51,971 nt of DNA from Candidatus Latescibacterota bacterium (GCA_038279365.1 JAYODI010000034.1:1-51971), one strand, 5' to 3'. Counted from the first letter of the stretch, positions 29,261 through 38,796 are shown. Numbers and translations are program-made. The notes: generated by a model not told the origin, from the sequence alone.

Positions 29261-30517
29261 TTGGATAAACACGATCCTTATGCGGCTTTTCGTGTAAAAG
29301 CCTATCGACTTTATGTAGTGGGGTGGTTTGCCGCACTCATTGGCAATCAGATTCAGAGCACGGCGATTGGTTGGGAGATGTATCAGCGCACGGGGGAGGC
29401 ATTGGCATTGGGGTTTGTAGGATTGGCCATTGCGTTGCCGACGATGATTTTGGCGCTTCCGGGTGGGTATTTGGCCGATGCGTTTGACCGAAAAAAAGTG
29501 GTGATATTGAGTTTGACGGGTACCACCCTTACATCAATGGCGTTGGCTGTGTTGTCGTGGAAACAAGGGGAGATTGGCTGGAAGTATGCGATTTTGGTGT
29601 TGGATGCGTCGGTGACGGTGTTGGGGTCTCCTGCGCGACGGTCGCTTTTACCCCAGTTGGTGCCGCGCGATGTGTTTCCCAATGCGGTGACGTGGAGCAC
29701 GAGTATGATGCAATCGGCGTGGATGGTGGGGCCTGCGATTGGCGGGTTTATTGTGGCGCTGAATGTGCCGTTTGCTTATGTGGCAAGTGCGGCGTGTACG
29801 GGCTGGTTTGTGATGATGTTGTTGCGGATGGACATTCGGCCCATTGAGCGTGATGAGACAGCTGTTAAACCGTCGGCGATGGAAAATTTGTTTGGTGGGT
29901 TGCGGTTTATTGGGCGGAACCGATTGTTGTTGTGGCTGATGTCGTTGGATATGTTTGCTGTGTTGTTGGGTGGGGCGGTGTATTTGTTGCCTGTGTTTGC
30001 CGAAGATATTTTGAATGTGGGTGCAGAAGGGTTTGGTTTGTTGCGGTCTGCACCTGCTATTGGCGCATTGTGTATGGCGTTGACGCTGGCACATTTGCCA
30101 CCGATGAAACATGCAGGGCGCAATTTGCTTTTGGCTGTGGGTGGATTTGGTGTGGTGACCATTGTGTTTGGGATATCTGAAAATTATTGGTTGTCATTTG
30201 CAATGTTGTTTTTCACAGGTATGTTTGACAATGTGAGCATGGTCATTCGCCATACATTGGTGCAATTGATTACGCCCGATTCGATGCGTGGGCGTGTGTC
30301 TGCGGTAAATGGGGTGTTTGTGAGTGCGTCGAATGAGTTGGGGGGAATGGAATCGGGGTTGGTGGCACACTGGTTTGGGCCGGTGGTTTCGGTGGTGAGT
30401 GGGGGCATTGGCACGATTGTGGTGGTGGTGACCACTGCATTGGCATCGCCGAGATTGCGTGGGGTGGGGGCAATGCACGAGGTGAAAGCAGAAGAAGAGA
30501 AACAGGTTGTGGGGTGA
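29261..30517 (+). CDS. MFS transporter, of the enterobactin-exporter-like subfamily
   Basis: It has 12 predicted TM segments and an MFS-type N-terminus. The start is a TTG with the RBS gagga. Confidence 0.7.
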   Translation: MDKHDPYAAFRVKAYRLYVVGWFAALIGNQIQSTAIGWEMYQRTGEALALGFVGLAIALPTMILALPGGYLADAFDRKKVVILSLTGTTLTSMALAVLSWKQGEIGWKYAILVLDASVTVLGSPARRSLLPQLVPRDVFPNAVTWSTSMMQSAWMVGPAIGGFIVALNVPFAYVASAACTGWFVMMLLRMDIRPIERDETAVKPSAMENLFGGLRFIGRNRLLLWLMSLDMFAVLLGGAVYLLPVFAEDILNVGAEGFGLLRSAPAIGALCMALTLAHLPPMKHAGRNLLLAVGGFGVVTIVFGISENYWLSFAMLFFTGMFDNVSMVIRHTLVQLITPDSMRGRVSAVNGVFVSASNELGGMESGLVAHWFGPVVSVVSGGIGTIVVVVTTALASPRLRGVGAMHEVKAEEEKQVVG

Positions 30518-30615
30518 TATTGGTAAGTGGCAAAAGGTCGCAAATCTTGAATTGTCGATTTAAAATGGCTATACTTATATCATCACATAGACTCTTTATA
30601 ATTAGGAGCAATGGA

Positions 30616-30834
30616 ATGGCAGATACCACACTTGAGCAAGTTGAAGAACTTGTTGCTAAACTTTCTCTTAAAGATCAACAGGCACTTGCGGAGCATTTGA
30701 TTTTACAGCTTAAGAAGAAATCCGACAGCAATGAGTTGCGTCCCTTTGCGCTTTGTAAAGGTGAGTTTGTCGTGCCAGATGATTTTGATGTGCCTTTGCC
30801 TGAAGATATTATAACTGCTTTTGAGGGATCATGA
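30616..30834 (+). CDS. vapB: Type II antitoxin, VapB-like
   Basis: It is 72 aa with the RBS aggag. Its stop overlaps the downstream PIN-toxin start by 4 nt (ATGA). Confidence 0.6.
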   Translation: MADTTLEQVEELVAKLSLKDQQALAEHLILQLKKKSDSNELRPFALCKGEFVVPDDFDVPLPEDIITAFEGS

Positions 30835-31217
30835 ATCTCCTTTTAGATACCCATGTATTTCTGTGGTATATCAGCGGTGACCGTCGGCTTCCTGAGTTGA
30901 TACGGGATCATATTCGCGACCAGAATAATATTGTTTATTTGAGTGTGGTATCTGTTTGGGAAGTTATGATTAAATATCAACTTGGCAAACTACCTCTACC
31001 TGAGTCACCAGAAAGTTATTTGCCATTACAACGAGAAAAACACCAAATTGAGAGTTTAACGCTTGATGAGATGAGTGTTGCCCGCCTATCAGATCTTCCC
31101 AATTATCATCGTGATCCTTTTGACCGTATTTTGATTTGCCAAGCATTGCGGCATGATTTGGTTATTGCAACTGTAGATAGCCAGATGCACAGTTATGCAG
31201 TGCAAGTTTTGTTATAG
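30831..31217 (+). CDS. vapC: PIN-domain toxin VapC
   Basis: It is 128 aa. MNLLLDTHVFLW...D...SVWE...D is PIN-domain-like. Confidence 0.75.
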   Translation: MNLLLDTHVFLWYISGDRRLPELIRDHIRDQNNIVYLSVVSVWEVMIKYQLGKLPLPESPESYLPLQREKHQIESLTLDEMSVARLSDLPNYHRDPFDRILICQALRHDLVIATVDSQMHSYAVQVLL

Positions 31218-31244
31218 CTGAATGCAGTTATTATCCGAAGATTT

Positions 31245-32372
31245 TTATATATCACGTTTTGCCAATGGTATCCATTGGCTATTTTTTTGCCCAGTATAAA
31301 CCGATTCGGGGCGGATGATGCGGTCTAAGGCGCGTTGTTCGAGGCTGTGTGCAATCCAACCCACGGCGCGACCAATGGCAAATGTGGGTGTGAAGAGATC
31401 TGGGTGTAGACCTAAGCTGTGGAGCAAGAGCGCGGTGTAGAACTCGACATTGGTTTGTAAACGGCGACCGGGTTTAAATTCTTCGAGGAGTTGGATGGCG
31501 GTTTTTTCGACGTGTTGGGCAAAGGTGTAGAAATCGCGGTCAGAATTGTCGGCAAAGAGGGATTCAAGCGCGTTGTATAAAACATCTGCACGAGGATCGC
31601 GTACTTTGTAAATGGCGTGGCCAAAACCCATGAGACGTTCGCCTTTTTCGAGTTTGGCGCGCAAATAGGGTTCGGCGTTTTCGGCTGATTGGATTTCTTG
31701 GAGCATTTGCAAAACGGGACCTGGTGCGCCGCCATGAAGGGGGCCTTTAAGTGCGCCAATGGCACCCACGATGGCTGAGATGAGGTCGGAGCGTGTGGAG
31801 GTGATGACACGTGCGGTGAATGTGGACGCATTCATGCCGTGGTCGGTAATGGTGTTGAGATAGGTGGTTATGGCGCGTGTTTGTGCGGTATTGGGGTCTT
31901 TGCCTGTGAGCATATAAAAGTAGTTGGCCGCGTGGTTCAGATTGGGATTGGGCGCAATGGGTTTTTGGTTGTTGATGAGCCGCCAATAGGTTGCAATGAT
32001 TGTGGGCAAGGAGGCGATGAGCAATTTGGCATCGGACGCATCGTCATGTATGGATGTGAGACTTAAGGTGGCGGTTGCCATGCGCAAGGCGTCGATGACA
32101 GAAACGTTTTGTGAGGCGGCCTCACGTAAGAGAACGATTGTGGCATCGGGTAAAGGTCGATGTGTTTTGAGTGCTTCTGAGAATGATTCTAATTGTGAGT
32201 TTGAGGGCAAGCTGTTGTGCCAAAGCAAATAGGCCATTTCTTCAAATGTGGCACGGGGGGCGATCTCTTCAAGCGGGTACCCTGCAATAATGAGTTCACC
32301 TTTTTCACCATCCACACTGCTTAAGTTGGTTTCTGTGGCAATGACGCCTTTGAGGCCGGGTATGTATGTCAT
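31245..32372 (-). CDS. Citrate-synthase-family protein (citrate or 2-methylcitrate-synthase-like, short type)
   Basis: The motifs GPLHGGA and GFGHAIYKVRDPRA are present. The start was chosen at ATG 32372 (MTYIPGLKG), which lies 12 nt after the upstream methyltransferase stop. Where 'NVDFY' normally carries the catalytic Asp, this protein has NVEFY. Confidence 0.7.
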   Translation of the reverse strand: MTYIPGLKGVIATETNLSSVDGEKGELIIAGYPLEEIAPRATFEEMAYLLWHNSLPSNSQLESFSEALKTHRPLPDATIVLLREAASQNVSVIDALRMATATLSLTSIHDDASDAKLLIASLPTIIATYWRLINNQKPIAPNPNLNHAANYFYMLTGKDPNTAQTRAITTYLNTITDHGMNASTFTARVITSTRSDLISAIVGAIGALKGPLHGGAPGPVLQMLQEIQSAENAEPYLRAKLEKGERLMGFGHAIYKVRDPRADVLYNALESLFADNSDRDFYTFAQHVEKTAIQLLEEFKPGRRLQTNVEFYTALLLHSLGLHPDLFTPTFAIGRAVGWIAHSLEQRALDRIIRPESVYTGQKNSQWIPLAKRDI

Positions 32373-32383
32373 ATATGATTCCT

Positions 32384-33088
32384 TTATTTGATGCCACCGA
32401 ATGCGGCGAAACATCCGTTTTTATGTAAGACCTCGACCTGTTGGAAACCGACTTTGCGTAACAGATCCAATTGGAACATGAGTGGGCGAGGTGTGTCTTC
32501 TTCGGCAATGTAATTGAAGACATGATCGCGATAGGCTTCGTCTTTAAAGTGGGTGAGATAGTCGCCATATTTTTGCCACATGAGACTTTGTATGGCAGGT
32601 GTGGATTGTTCGATGAGGTCAAAGATCCAGAAAGAACCACCCGGTTTGAGTGCGTTGTAAAACTGTGAAAAAACGGCGTGCCATTCACCATCGGTGCGCA
32701 GGTGATGGAGGGTGGATGCGGCCACGATGATGTCGAATGTTTCGGGTTCAAAAGTGAGATCACGCATGTCATTTTGTAAGGGGGTGATGGTGCCTGATGT
32801 GACGTTTGAAATGCGTTCAACGGCACGATTGAGCATGGGCAAGCTTAAATCGACAAGGGTGACATTGAGATTGGGAAGTGATTTTAAAATGGTAAGGGTG
32901 TAATTTCCGGCACCGCATCCGATGTCGAGGATGTGAGTGGCATTGGGATTGGTGACTGCGGCTGTTTGACCGATGAGATTCATGGCAAAAGCGGCGTCAA
33001 TGGTTGATGTTTGCCCTGTTTCGAGGTTGGAGAAACGTTCGACATCGTTGTCGAAACGTTGGCGTATTTGTGTGACGGTGGATTTCAT
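32384..33088 (-). CDS. Class I SAM-dependent methyltransferase, CmoA-like
   Basis: The SAM motif I is ILDIGCGAGNY. The overall organisation resembles CmoA-family enzymes. Confidence 0.65.
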   Translation of the reverse strand: MKSTVTQIRQRFDNDVERFSNLETGQTSTIDAAFAMNLIGQTAAVTNPNATHILDIGCGAGNYTLTILKSLPNLNVTLVDLSLPMLNRAVERISNVTSGTITPLQNDMRDLTFEPETFDIIVAASTLHHLRTDGEWHAVFSQFYNALKPGGSFWIFDLIEQSTPAIQSLMWQKYGDYLTHFKDEAYRDHVFNYIAEEDTPRPLMFQLDLLRKVGFQQVEVLHKNGCFAAFGGIK

Positions 33089-33184
33089 GGTGTCCTTTTA
33101 AAAATGCTGTGTGGCGATTGATTGTGCTGGGAGATGTTATTTAAGGTCTTGACCTTTGGTTTAAAAATAGGTTGATTTTATATG

Positions 33185-33215
33185 TTGTCAATCTTGATTT
33201 TAAAATCAATATATT
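33185..33215 (+). promoter_or_regulatory. Candidate MerR-type promoter/operator: -35 TTGTCA, a 19-bp spacer containing the perfect palindrome TTGATTTTAAAATCAA, and -10 TATATT
   Basis: Read directly: ttgtca|atcTTGATTTTAAAATCAA|tatatt|gagggctacATG. The sequence lies immediately upstream of the HTH-citrate-synthase-like gene. Confidence 0.45.
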
Positions 33216-33224
33216 GAGGGCTAC

Positions 33225-34445
33225 ATGATAAAAAAATCACGCTATTTAACGGCCAAAGAAGCGGCTGATGCATTGGATATTAGCTTATCGACGTTATATG
33301 CTTATGTAAGTCGCGGGTTGATTCGGTCGGAGGCGGGGGTGGGGAGTAAGCGAGATCGGTTGTATTATGCGGAAGATGTGAAACAGTTGCAAAACCGGAA
33401 AGAAGCGCGTCGAAACCCAGAACGGGTGGCCGAAAAAGCCTTGCGTGCGGGTGCACCTGTTTTAGAGTCGGCCATTACATTGATTAAAGATGATTGTGTG
33501 TATTATCGGGGTCAAAATACATTGCACTTGGCCACATCGGAGTCGATTGAGCGTGTGGCGGCGTTGATTTGGACGGGTGACTTGAATGCGGATATACCGA
33601 GTTTAAAAAGCCCGGATATGAAGTTGTCTGATCGTGTGCAGGTGGTTTTGGAGGGTGTGCAAACACTAAAACCCGTTGAGCGATTTATGGCTGTATTGCC
33701 TGTGGCTGGGGCTGAAGATTTGGCGGCATATGATTTGCGCACGGAGGCTGTGATACAAACGGGCGGACGCATATTACGTTTGCTGGTGCAGGTTGCCACA
33801 CAAGGTCAAATGAGCAACAGCATTGCCCAAACGCTTCAGCAAGCCTGGGTGCCCAATTTGCCCGAAGCGGTTGATTTGATCAACATGGTTTTGATTTTGT
33901 ATGCCGATCATGAATTGAATACATCGGCATTTACGGCGCGGTGTGCGGCATCGGCAGGTGCAACACCTTATGGTGCTGTGTGTGCGGGGTTGGCAGCTTT
34001 GCAGGGGTATAAACACGGTGCGGCCAGTGAGCGCACAGAGTTGTTGTTTCGCGAGGCGGAGATGCGCGGTGATGTTGAGCAAACGGTGGTGGATCGGTTG
34101 CGCTTGGGTGAGCAGATTTCGGGGTTTGGCCATGCGGTGTATCGCGATGTGGACCCACGTGCCAAGGTGTTGTTGGATTGTATGGCACAACGGTTTCCTG
34201 ATTCACCTCATTTGGCATTGGCCCATGAGATTATAGATGTAACCCAGCGATTGACCACGGTGCATTATAACATTGATTTGGCATTGACCACTTTGGTGCG
34301 TGTGTTGGGTTTGCCAGATGGCAGTGCAATGGCGTTGTTTGCGCTTGGGCGGGTGGCGGGTTGGATTGGACATGCGATTGAGCAATATGAATTGGATCAG
34401 TTGATTCGGCCACGGGCGCGATATGTGGGGCTACAACCGACTTAA
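33225..34445 (+). CDS. Fusion of an N-terminal HTH (excisionase/MerR-superfamily-like) domain with a citrate-synthase-like domain
   Basis: The N-terminus is LTAKEAADALDISLSTLYAYVSRGLIRS. The C-terminal ~330 aa carry GFGHAVYRDVDPRAKV and NIDLAL (Asp retained) citrate-synthase motifs. The RBS is gaggg. Confidence 0.7.
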   Translation: MIKKSRYLTAKEAADALDISLSTLYAYVSRGLIRSEAGVGSKRDRLYYAEDVKQLQNRKEARRNPERVAEKALRAGAPVLESAITLIKDDCVYYRGQNTLHLATSESIERVAALIWTGDLNADIPSLKSPDMKLSDRVQVVLEGVQTLKPVERFMAVLPVAGAEDLAAYDLRTEAVIQTGGRILRLLVQVATQGQMSNSIAQTLQQAWVPNLPEAVDLINMVLILYADHELNTSAFTARCAASAGATPYGAVCAGLAALQGYKHGAASERTELLFREAEMRGDVEQTVVDRLRLGEQISGFGHAVYRDVDPRAKVLLDCMAQRFPDSPHLALAHEIIDVTQRLTTVHYNIDLALTTLVRVLGLPDGSAMALFALGRVAGWIGHAIEQYELDQLIRPRARYVGLQPT

Positions 34446-34511
34446 GATGGGGCATAAAAAAGAGCCATGTCAATGATGACATGGCTCTTTTTTATGGGAT
34501 ATCCGGCACGA

Positions 34512-35459
34512 TCAATGCCATTTGATCACAACAAAACTGATGTCGTCTTGGGGGTCGGCAAAATCGAGCAGATCATCTTTGATGGCGTTAAAGATTTCTT
34601 TGGAGGATCGGTTTTTTACTTCATGCAATTTTTGTTCGAGGTGGTGAGGCGCATAGAGTTCTTCACCCCGCTCGTGTTCGATAAGCCCGTCGGTATAGAG
34701 AATGAGAATATCACCCGCACCCAAGAGACTCCATTCATTCACTTCGTATTCTTCCTTAAAACCCAATACACTTTCTTGGATTCTGCGGTCAATGTCGCGT
34801 TGAGATGGCAGGGTGCCAATAGGTGGAAATGAAATGGTTTTTTCTTCGGGAAAATCGACCAAACGCTCGTTTTTATAGGAATAGACAAACGGCATTGGAT
34901 GCCCAGCTGAAAGAAACTTGAATCGTCCATCTTCAGATATTTCGCCATAAATCATGGTGATAAATTTGCTGACACTGGACGAATTGAAGAAGCGGGTATT
35001 GAGGTTTTCAAAGAGCTTTTCGGTGATGTTGCCATAATAGTCCATCTCGTACATGGCGCCCAATAAAAATGCTTGGTGTAACATGGCGGCCAATAAGGCA
35101 TCGGTGATTTGATGGCCCGATACATCGGCAACAACTATGCCTGCTTTGGTACGGCATTTTTCGAGTTGTGGAATAATGTGTTCACGCCCACGTTCTTTGG
35201 CTTTTTGAATGCGTGCATTGATGTCGTAGCGTTGTTTGAAATCGACATAAATGATGTGATCACCACCGATGATGCCATTGAGCGGTATGAGATCGCCATA
35301 AATGTCGATGCCATTGAGCTTGGGCATTTCGCCTGATGAGGGTTTGATATAACGGGCAATGTCTTGGAAGTTGTCTAATTCTCCCATGAGCATTTTGGTT
35401 GCTTCGCCAATGTCTTGAATGACATTGCTGATTTCTTTATCTGAACTTTCAAGAGCCAT
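34512..35459 (-). CDS. PP2C-type serine phosphatase with a SpoIIE/RsbU-like domain
   Basis: The motifs VADVSGHQITDA, ILYTDGLIEH and DDISFVVI are present. The start is uncertain between ATG 35459 and TTG 35504. Confidence 0.7.
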   Translation of the reverse strand: MALESSDKEISNVIQDIGEATKMLMGELDNFQDIARYIKPSSGEMPKLNGIDIYGDLIPLNGIIGGDHIIYVDFKQRYDINARIQKAKERGREHIIPQLEKCRTKAGIVVADVSGHQITDALLAAMLHQAFLLGAMYEMDYYGNITEKLFENLNTRFFNSSSVSKFITMIYGEISEDGRFKFLSAGHPMPFVYSYKNERLVDFPEEKTISFPPIGTLPSQRDIDRRIQESVLGFKEEYEVNEWSLLGAGDILILYTDGLIEHERGEELYAPHHLEQKLHEVKNRSSKEIFNAIKDDLLDFADPQDDISFVVIKWH

Positions 35460-35557
35460 ATTTTGATCTAAGCATAAAAGGTGAAAAGTAGAATTTTGAG
35501 GCAAATATCAAGGTTTTGCTAAATGACCTCTGTGATTTGGATCACATTGATGACTGG

Positions 35558-36568
35558 TTAGGCACCGGGCATTTGTACGGCACTGTTTCTGCGCTCGTGC
35601 ATATTTTTTTGCATGGCCTCGGGATATCGGTCGGGCAGATGTGATACGTCGTTAAGGCGTTTTAAATGCTCACCTTCAAGGCGAAATGCTCCTGCTTGTA
35701 AATTGTCTTCAAGCTGTTGGATATTTCGTGCACCAACTATTGCTGAGGTGATGGCTGGTTGCTCCAGTACCCAACGTGCGGCCACTTGTGCAGGGTTGCG
35801 ACCGAGTTCTTTGGCCACTTGGGTGAGCTCTACGAGTGTGTCATCGGCATTGGCGGCAAAGTATTTTTGCGGATACGCCCATGATTCTTCTGAACGTGAA
35901 CCGGTTTGGGTGCGTTGGCCGGGTTTGTATTTGCCGGTGAGGAAACCACCTGCCAATGGGCTCCAACAGACAACTCCCAAGCCTTTGTATTGGCACAACG
36001 GAATGAGTTCTTGCTCGATATCGCGCACGACCAAACTGTATTGGGGTTGATAACAAGCAAAGCGCGCCAAGTTGTGATGGTCGCTGATCCAAAGGGCTTC
36101 CATGAGGCGCCACGCTTGATAATTGCTGCAAGCAATATACCGAACTTTGCCCTGGTGCACCAGATCATCTAATGTGCGCAACATTTCATCAAGGGGTGTT
36201 TGTGTATCGACATGGTGAATGTAGTAAATGTCTACATAATCGGTGTCGAGGCGACGGAGACTGTCTTCGAGGGCTTGCATAATATGAACGCGTGACATGC
36301 CCGAATCATTGGGCCCTGGCCCTACGGGGTTAAAGAATTTGGTGGCAATGATGGCGTGACGGCGTTTGTCTTTGAGTGCTTTGCCGAGGTAAACTTCAGA
36401 AAGTTGATCGGCATAGGAGTTTGCTGTGTCGAAAAAGTTGACGCCGTGGTCGATGGCCAGATCTACCATGCGTTTGGATTCGGCTTCGTCGGCTCCGTGG
36501 CCAAAAGTCATGGTGCCTAAGCAAATTTCGGATACTTTAAGACCGCTGCGGCCCATATTGCGGTATTC
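35558..36568 (-). CDS. Aldo/keto reductase
   Basis: MEYRNMGRSGLKVSEICLGTMTFG is an aldo-keto-reductase N-terminus. The RBS agggag precedes ATG 36568; the track ORF extends further upstream. Confidence 0.8.
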   Translation of the reverse strand, partial: EYRNMGRSGLKVSEICLGTMTFGHGADEAESKRMVDLAIDHGVNFFDTANSYADQLSEVYLGKALKDKRRHAIIATKFFNPVGPGPNDSGMSRVHIMQALEDSLRRLDTDYVDIYYIHHVDTQTPLDEMLRTLDDLVHQGKVRYIACSNYQAWRLMEALWISDHHNLARFACYQPQYSLVVRDIEQELIPLCQYKGLGVVCWSPLAGGFLTGKYKPGQRTQTGSRSEESWAYPQKYFAANADDTLVELTQVAKELGRNPAQVAARWVLEQPAITSAIVGARNIQQLEDNLQAGAFRLEGEHLKRLNDVSHLPDRYPEAMQKNMHERRNSAVQMPGA

Positions 36569-36909
36569 CATAAAAACTCCCTTGGTGCAAGATTCCAAAA
36601 CGGATGATATTGATTTAAAATGACTTCGGTTATGATCCGACCAACCGCACCGGAATAAATTAGCTTCGCTGAACGTGCGTTTCCAATGCTTTGATAGAGA
36701 AAGCCCTACGGACTCAAGGTCAAAAACCCAATTTAATCTATCGCTTGTTGATTTAAACAAGTCTCGTGATTATGCATGACGCGGTTGTGATGGAAAAAGT
36801 TTCTTCAACTTAGTCATTTTTGCAATAAAGTCAAATGTGAAGGATTCGTTTTTCTGGACAGAGGGTGCAGATTGGCTTATTATTTGTCATTCTTATTTTG
36901 GAGGACAAT

Positions 36910-37578
36910 ATGCGCGTTTTAATGGCTGAAGATGATATTTCTTCCCGCGAGGTTTTGCAGCTCAATTTGGAAGCTTGGGGTTATGAACCTGTGGTTTGCA
37001 AAAATGGAGCCGAAGCATGGGAAGCGTTTCAACGACCCGATGCCCCTCAACTGGCTGTTTTGGATTGGATGATGCCTGAGATGAGTGGGGTGGAGGTGTG
37101 TACGCGGGTGCGTGGGTTGTCCAAGGGACAGGGGCGTTTTGCATATATTATTTTGTTAACGGCAAAAAGCCAACGTGAAGATTTGCTTAAAGGCTTAGAA
37201 TCGGGGGCGGATGATTATGTGACCAAACCCTTTGATCGGCAAGAGTTGCGGGCACGCATTCGGGTGGGGGCTCGGGTGGTGGGGTTGCAAAATCAGCTTA
37301 GAGAAGCCGAACAGTTGCGTGTGTTGGCCGAAACGGCGGGTGCTGCTGCGCATGAGATCAATCAACCCTTGACGGTTTTGATGGGTAAGTTGGAATTGCT
37401 CATGGAGCGCATGTCTCAGGAATCTGATCATCGAGAGGTCATTAAATCGGTTTATGGGTCGGCAGAGCGGATTGCTGATATTGTGAAGAATATGGGTGAG
37501 ATGCGTGCTTATGTGACAAAGCCCTATGTGGAAGGGCTTGATATTGTTGATTTTAGTGCGTCGGCAGATAAAGAATGA
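36910..37578 (+). CDS. Response-regulator receiver domain fused to a histidine-kinase DHp (HisKA) domain, with no HATPase_c domain
   Basis: The REC domain is MAEDDISSREVLQLNLEAWGYEP...AVLDWMMP...TAKS...DYVTKPF. The C-terminus has an H-box (AAHEINQPLTVLMGKLELL). The protein ends ~60 aa after the H-box, which leaves no room for G1/G2 ATP-binding boxes. The RBS ggagga is present. Confidence 0.7.
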   Translation: MRVLMAEDDISSREVLQLNLEAWGYEPVVCKNGAEAWEAFQRPDAPQLAVLDWMMPEMSGVEVCTRVRGLSKGQGRFAYIILLTAKSQREDLLKGLESGADDYVTKPFDRQELRARIRVGARVVGLQNQLREAEQLRVLAETAGAAAHEINQPLTVLMGKLELLMERMSQESDHREVIKSVYGSAERIADIVKNMGEMRAYVTKPYVEGLDIVDFSASADKE

Positions 37579-37638
37579 CGCAATAGCGCACAAGATTGGT
37601 GATGCGAAAAGAGACTTCGGAGAGATTCGAAGTTTTTT

Positions 37639-38541
37639 TTATGCGTGGACGTTATCTTTGGGGGTGTAGCCAAGATATTGGCGGGTGTGAGAAAGGTCCC
37701 AGACCATGTCGGTGTTGTTGGACATGCCGTTGACAACGACACATTTGTCGGGCCAGGATGATGCATTGGCCAACAGCGCACATTCAAAAAGATGTAGAAA
37801 GTCACGGTTGGAGAGCCACATGTTGCGAAACCAGCGGTTGGTTTGTTCCAATGCTGGGTCGGGATCACTTTGTTGGGTGGGTGTGCCAGCGGCAGATAGC
37901 GTGCTGGGTAAATTGGCACCGGGTTGGCACCAGCCAATGCGTACACAAACAAAAGTGGTGTCGCTCTTTTGAGCCAAAACTTTACACTGGCGTTCACCGG
38001 CAAACTTGGCAATGGCATAGACTGTGGAATCCATGTCTTTTTGGCCCGTGTGCCAAAGTGTGCCTACACCAGCTTCGAGGTTGGTGTGGAGCTCGCCTGC
38101 TTGCAGGTTGGCATCTTTGTAGCGACCCATCACATGGTTGGAGGTGGCAAAAACAAAGCGCGTGCAGGTTGGGCTGTCGGCGGCAGCTTGGCTGAGGTTG
38201 TTGGTCATATCGATGGAGACAGTGGCGTCATCCCAAGAGGCTTCGGGAAAGGGGTTTTGGGCAGCAAAGTGCACAACAGCACTGACTTCATTGAGAACGG
38301 TGCGCCAGCGTTGATCGTGCCAGTTGGAGAGGTCGCAGGTGATGAGGTCTATTTGGGGTGGGTCGGCATGAATTTCGGAAATGGTTTGCAGTTGTTCTAA
38401 GCGCCCAGGTTCTGCAGGGCGCAGATCGAGGCCCACAAGACGAGGGGCGGCACTGTGTTCGGCCAAGTGGCACAAGAGTTTCCAACCGAGGTTGCCCAGT
38501 GCGCCGGTGACGGCGATGCCGTTTTGGATGTTTGGGTTCAT
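37639..38541 (-). CDS. NAD(P)-dependent epimerase/dehydratase-family (Rossmann) protein
   Basis: GIAVTGALGNLG is a GxxGxxG motif. The start was set at ATG 38541 (MNPNIQ). Confidence 0.6.
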   Translation of the reverse strand: MNPNIQNGIAVTGALGNLGWKLLCHLAEHSAAPRLVGLDLRPAEPGRLEQLQTISEIHADPPQIDLITCDLSNWHDQRWRTVLNEVSAVVHFAAQNPFPEASWDDATVSIDMTNNLSQAAADSPTCTRFVFATSNHVMGRYKDANLQAGELHTNLEAGVGTLWHTGQKDMDSTVYAIAKFAGERQCKVLAQKSDTTFVCVRIGWCQPGANLPSTLSAAGTPTQQSDPDPALEQTNRWFRNMWLSNRDFLHLFECALLANASSWPDKCVVVNGMSNNTDMVWDLSHTRQYLGYTPKDNVHA

Positions 38542-38796
38542 AAGATTCAGGCAAAAGTGAAACGTGAAAAGGCAAAAGTGGAAAAGCAATGCCAAAATAG
38601 GGTGTGCGTTAAAATAGGGCAAGGAGAAATATTGAAGAACGGCTTTGGTGAAAAACAATCCTTTTGCAGATCTCCCCTTGAAGGTGTTATTGGGTTGCGA
38701 ACGCTTTTCTTTTTATTTGGTTATTGGGGTAAAAGTTATTTACATGTCTTTGAGGGTATTTTGAGAATTGCGGAGAAAACCTGAAGATAGAGGAGA

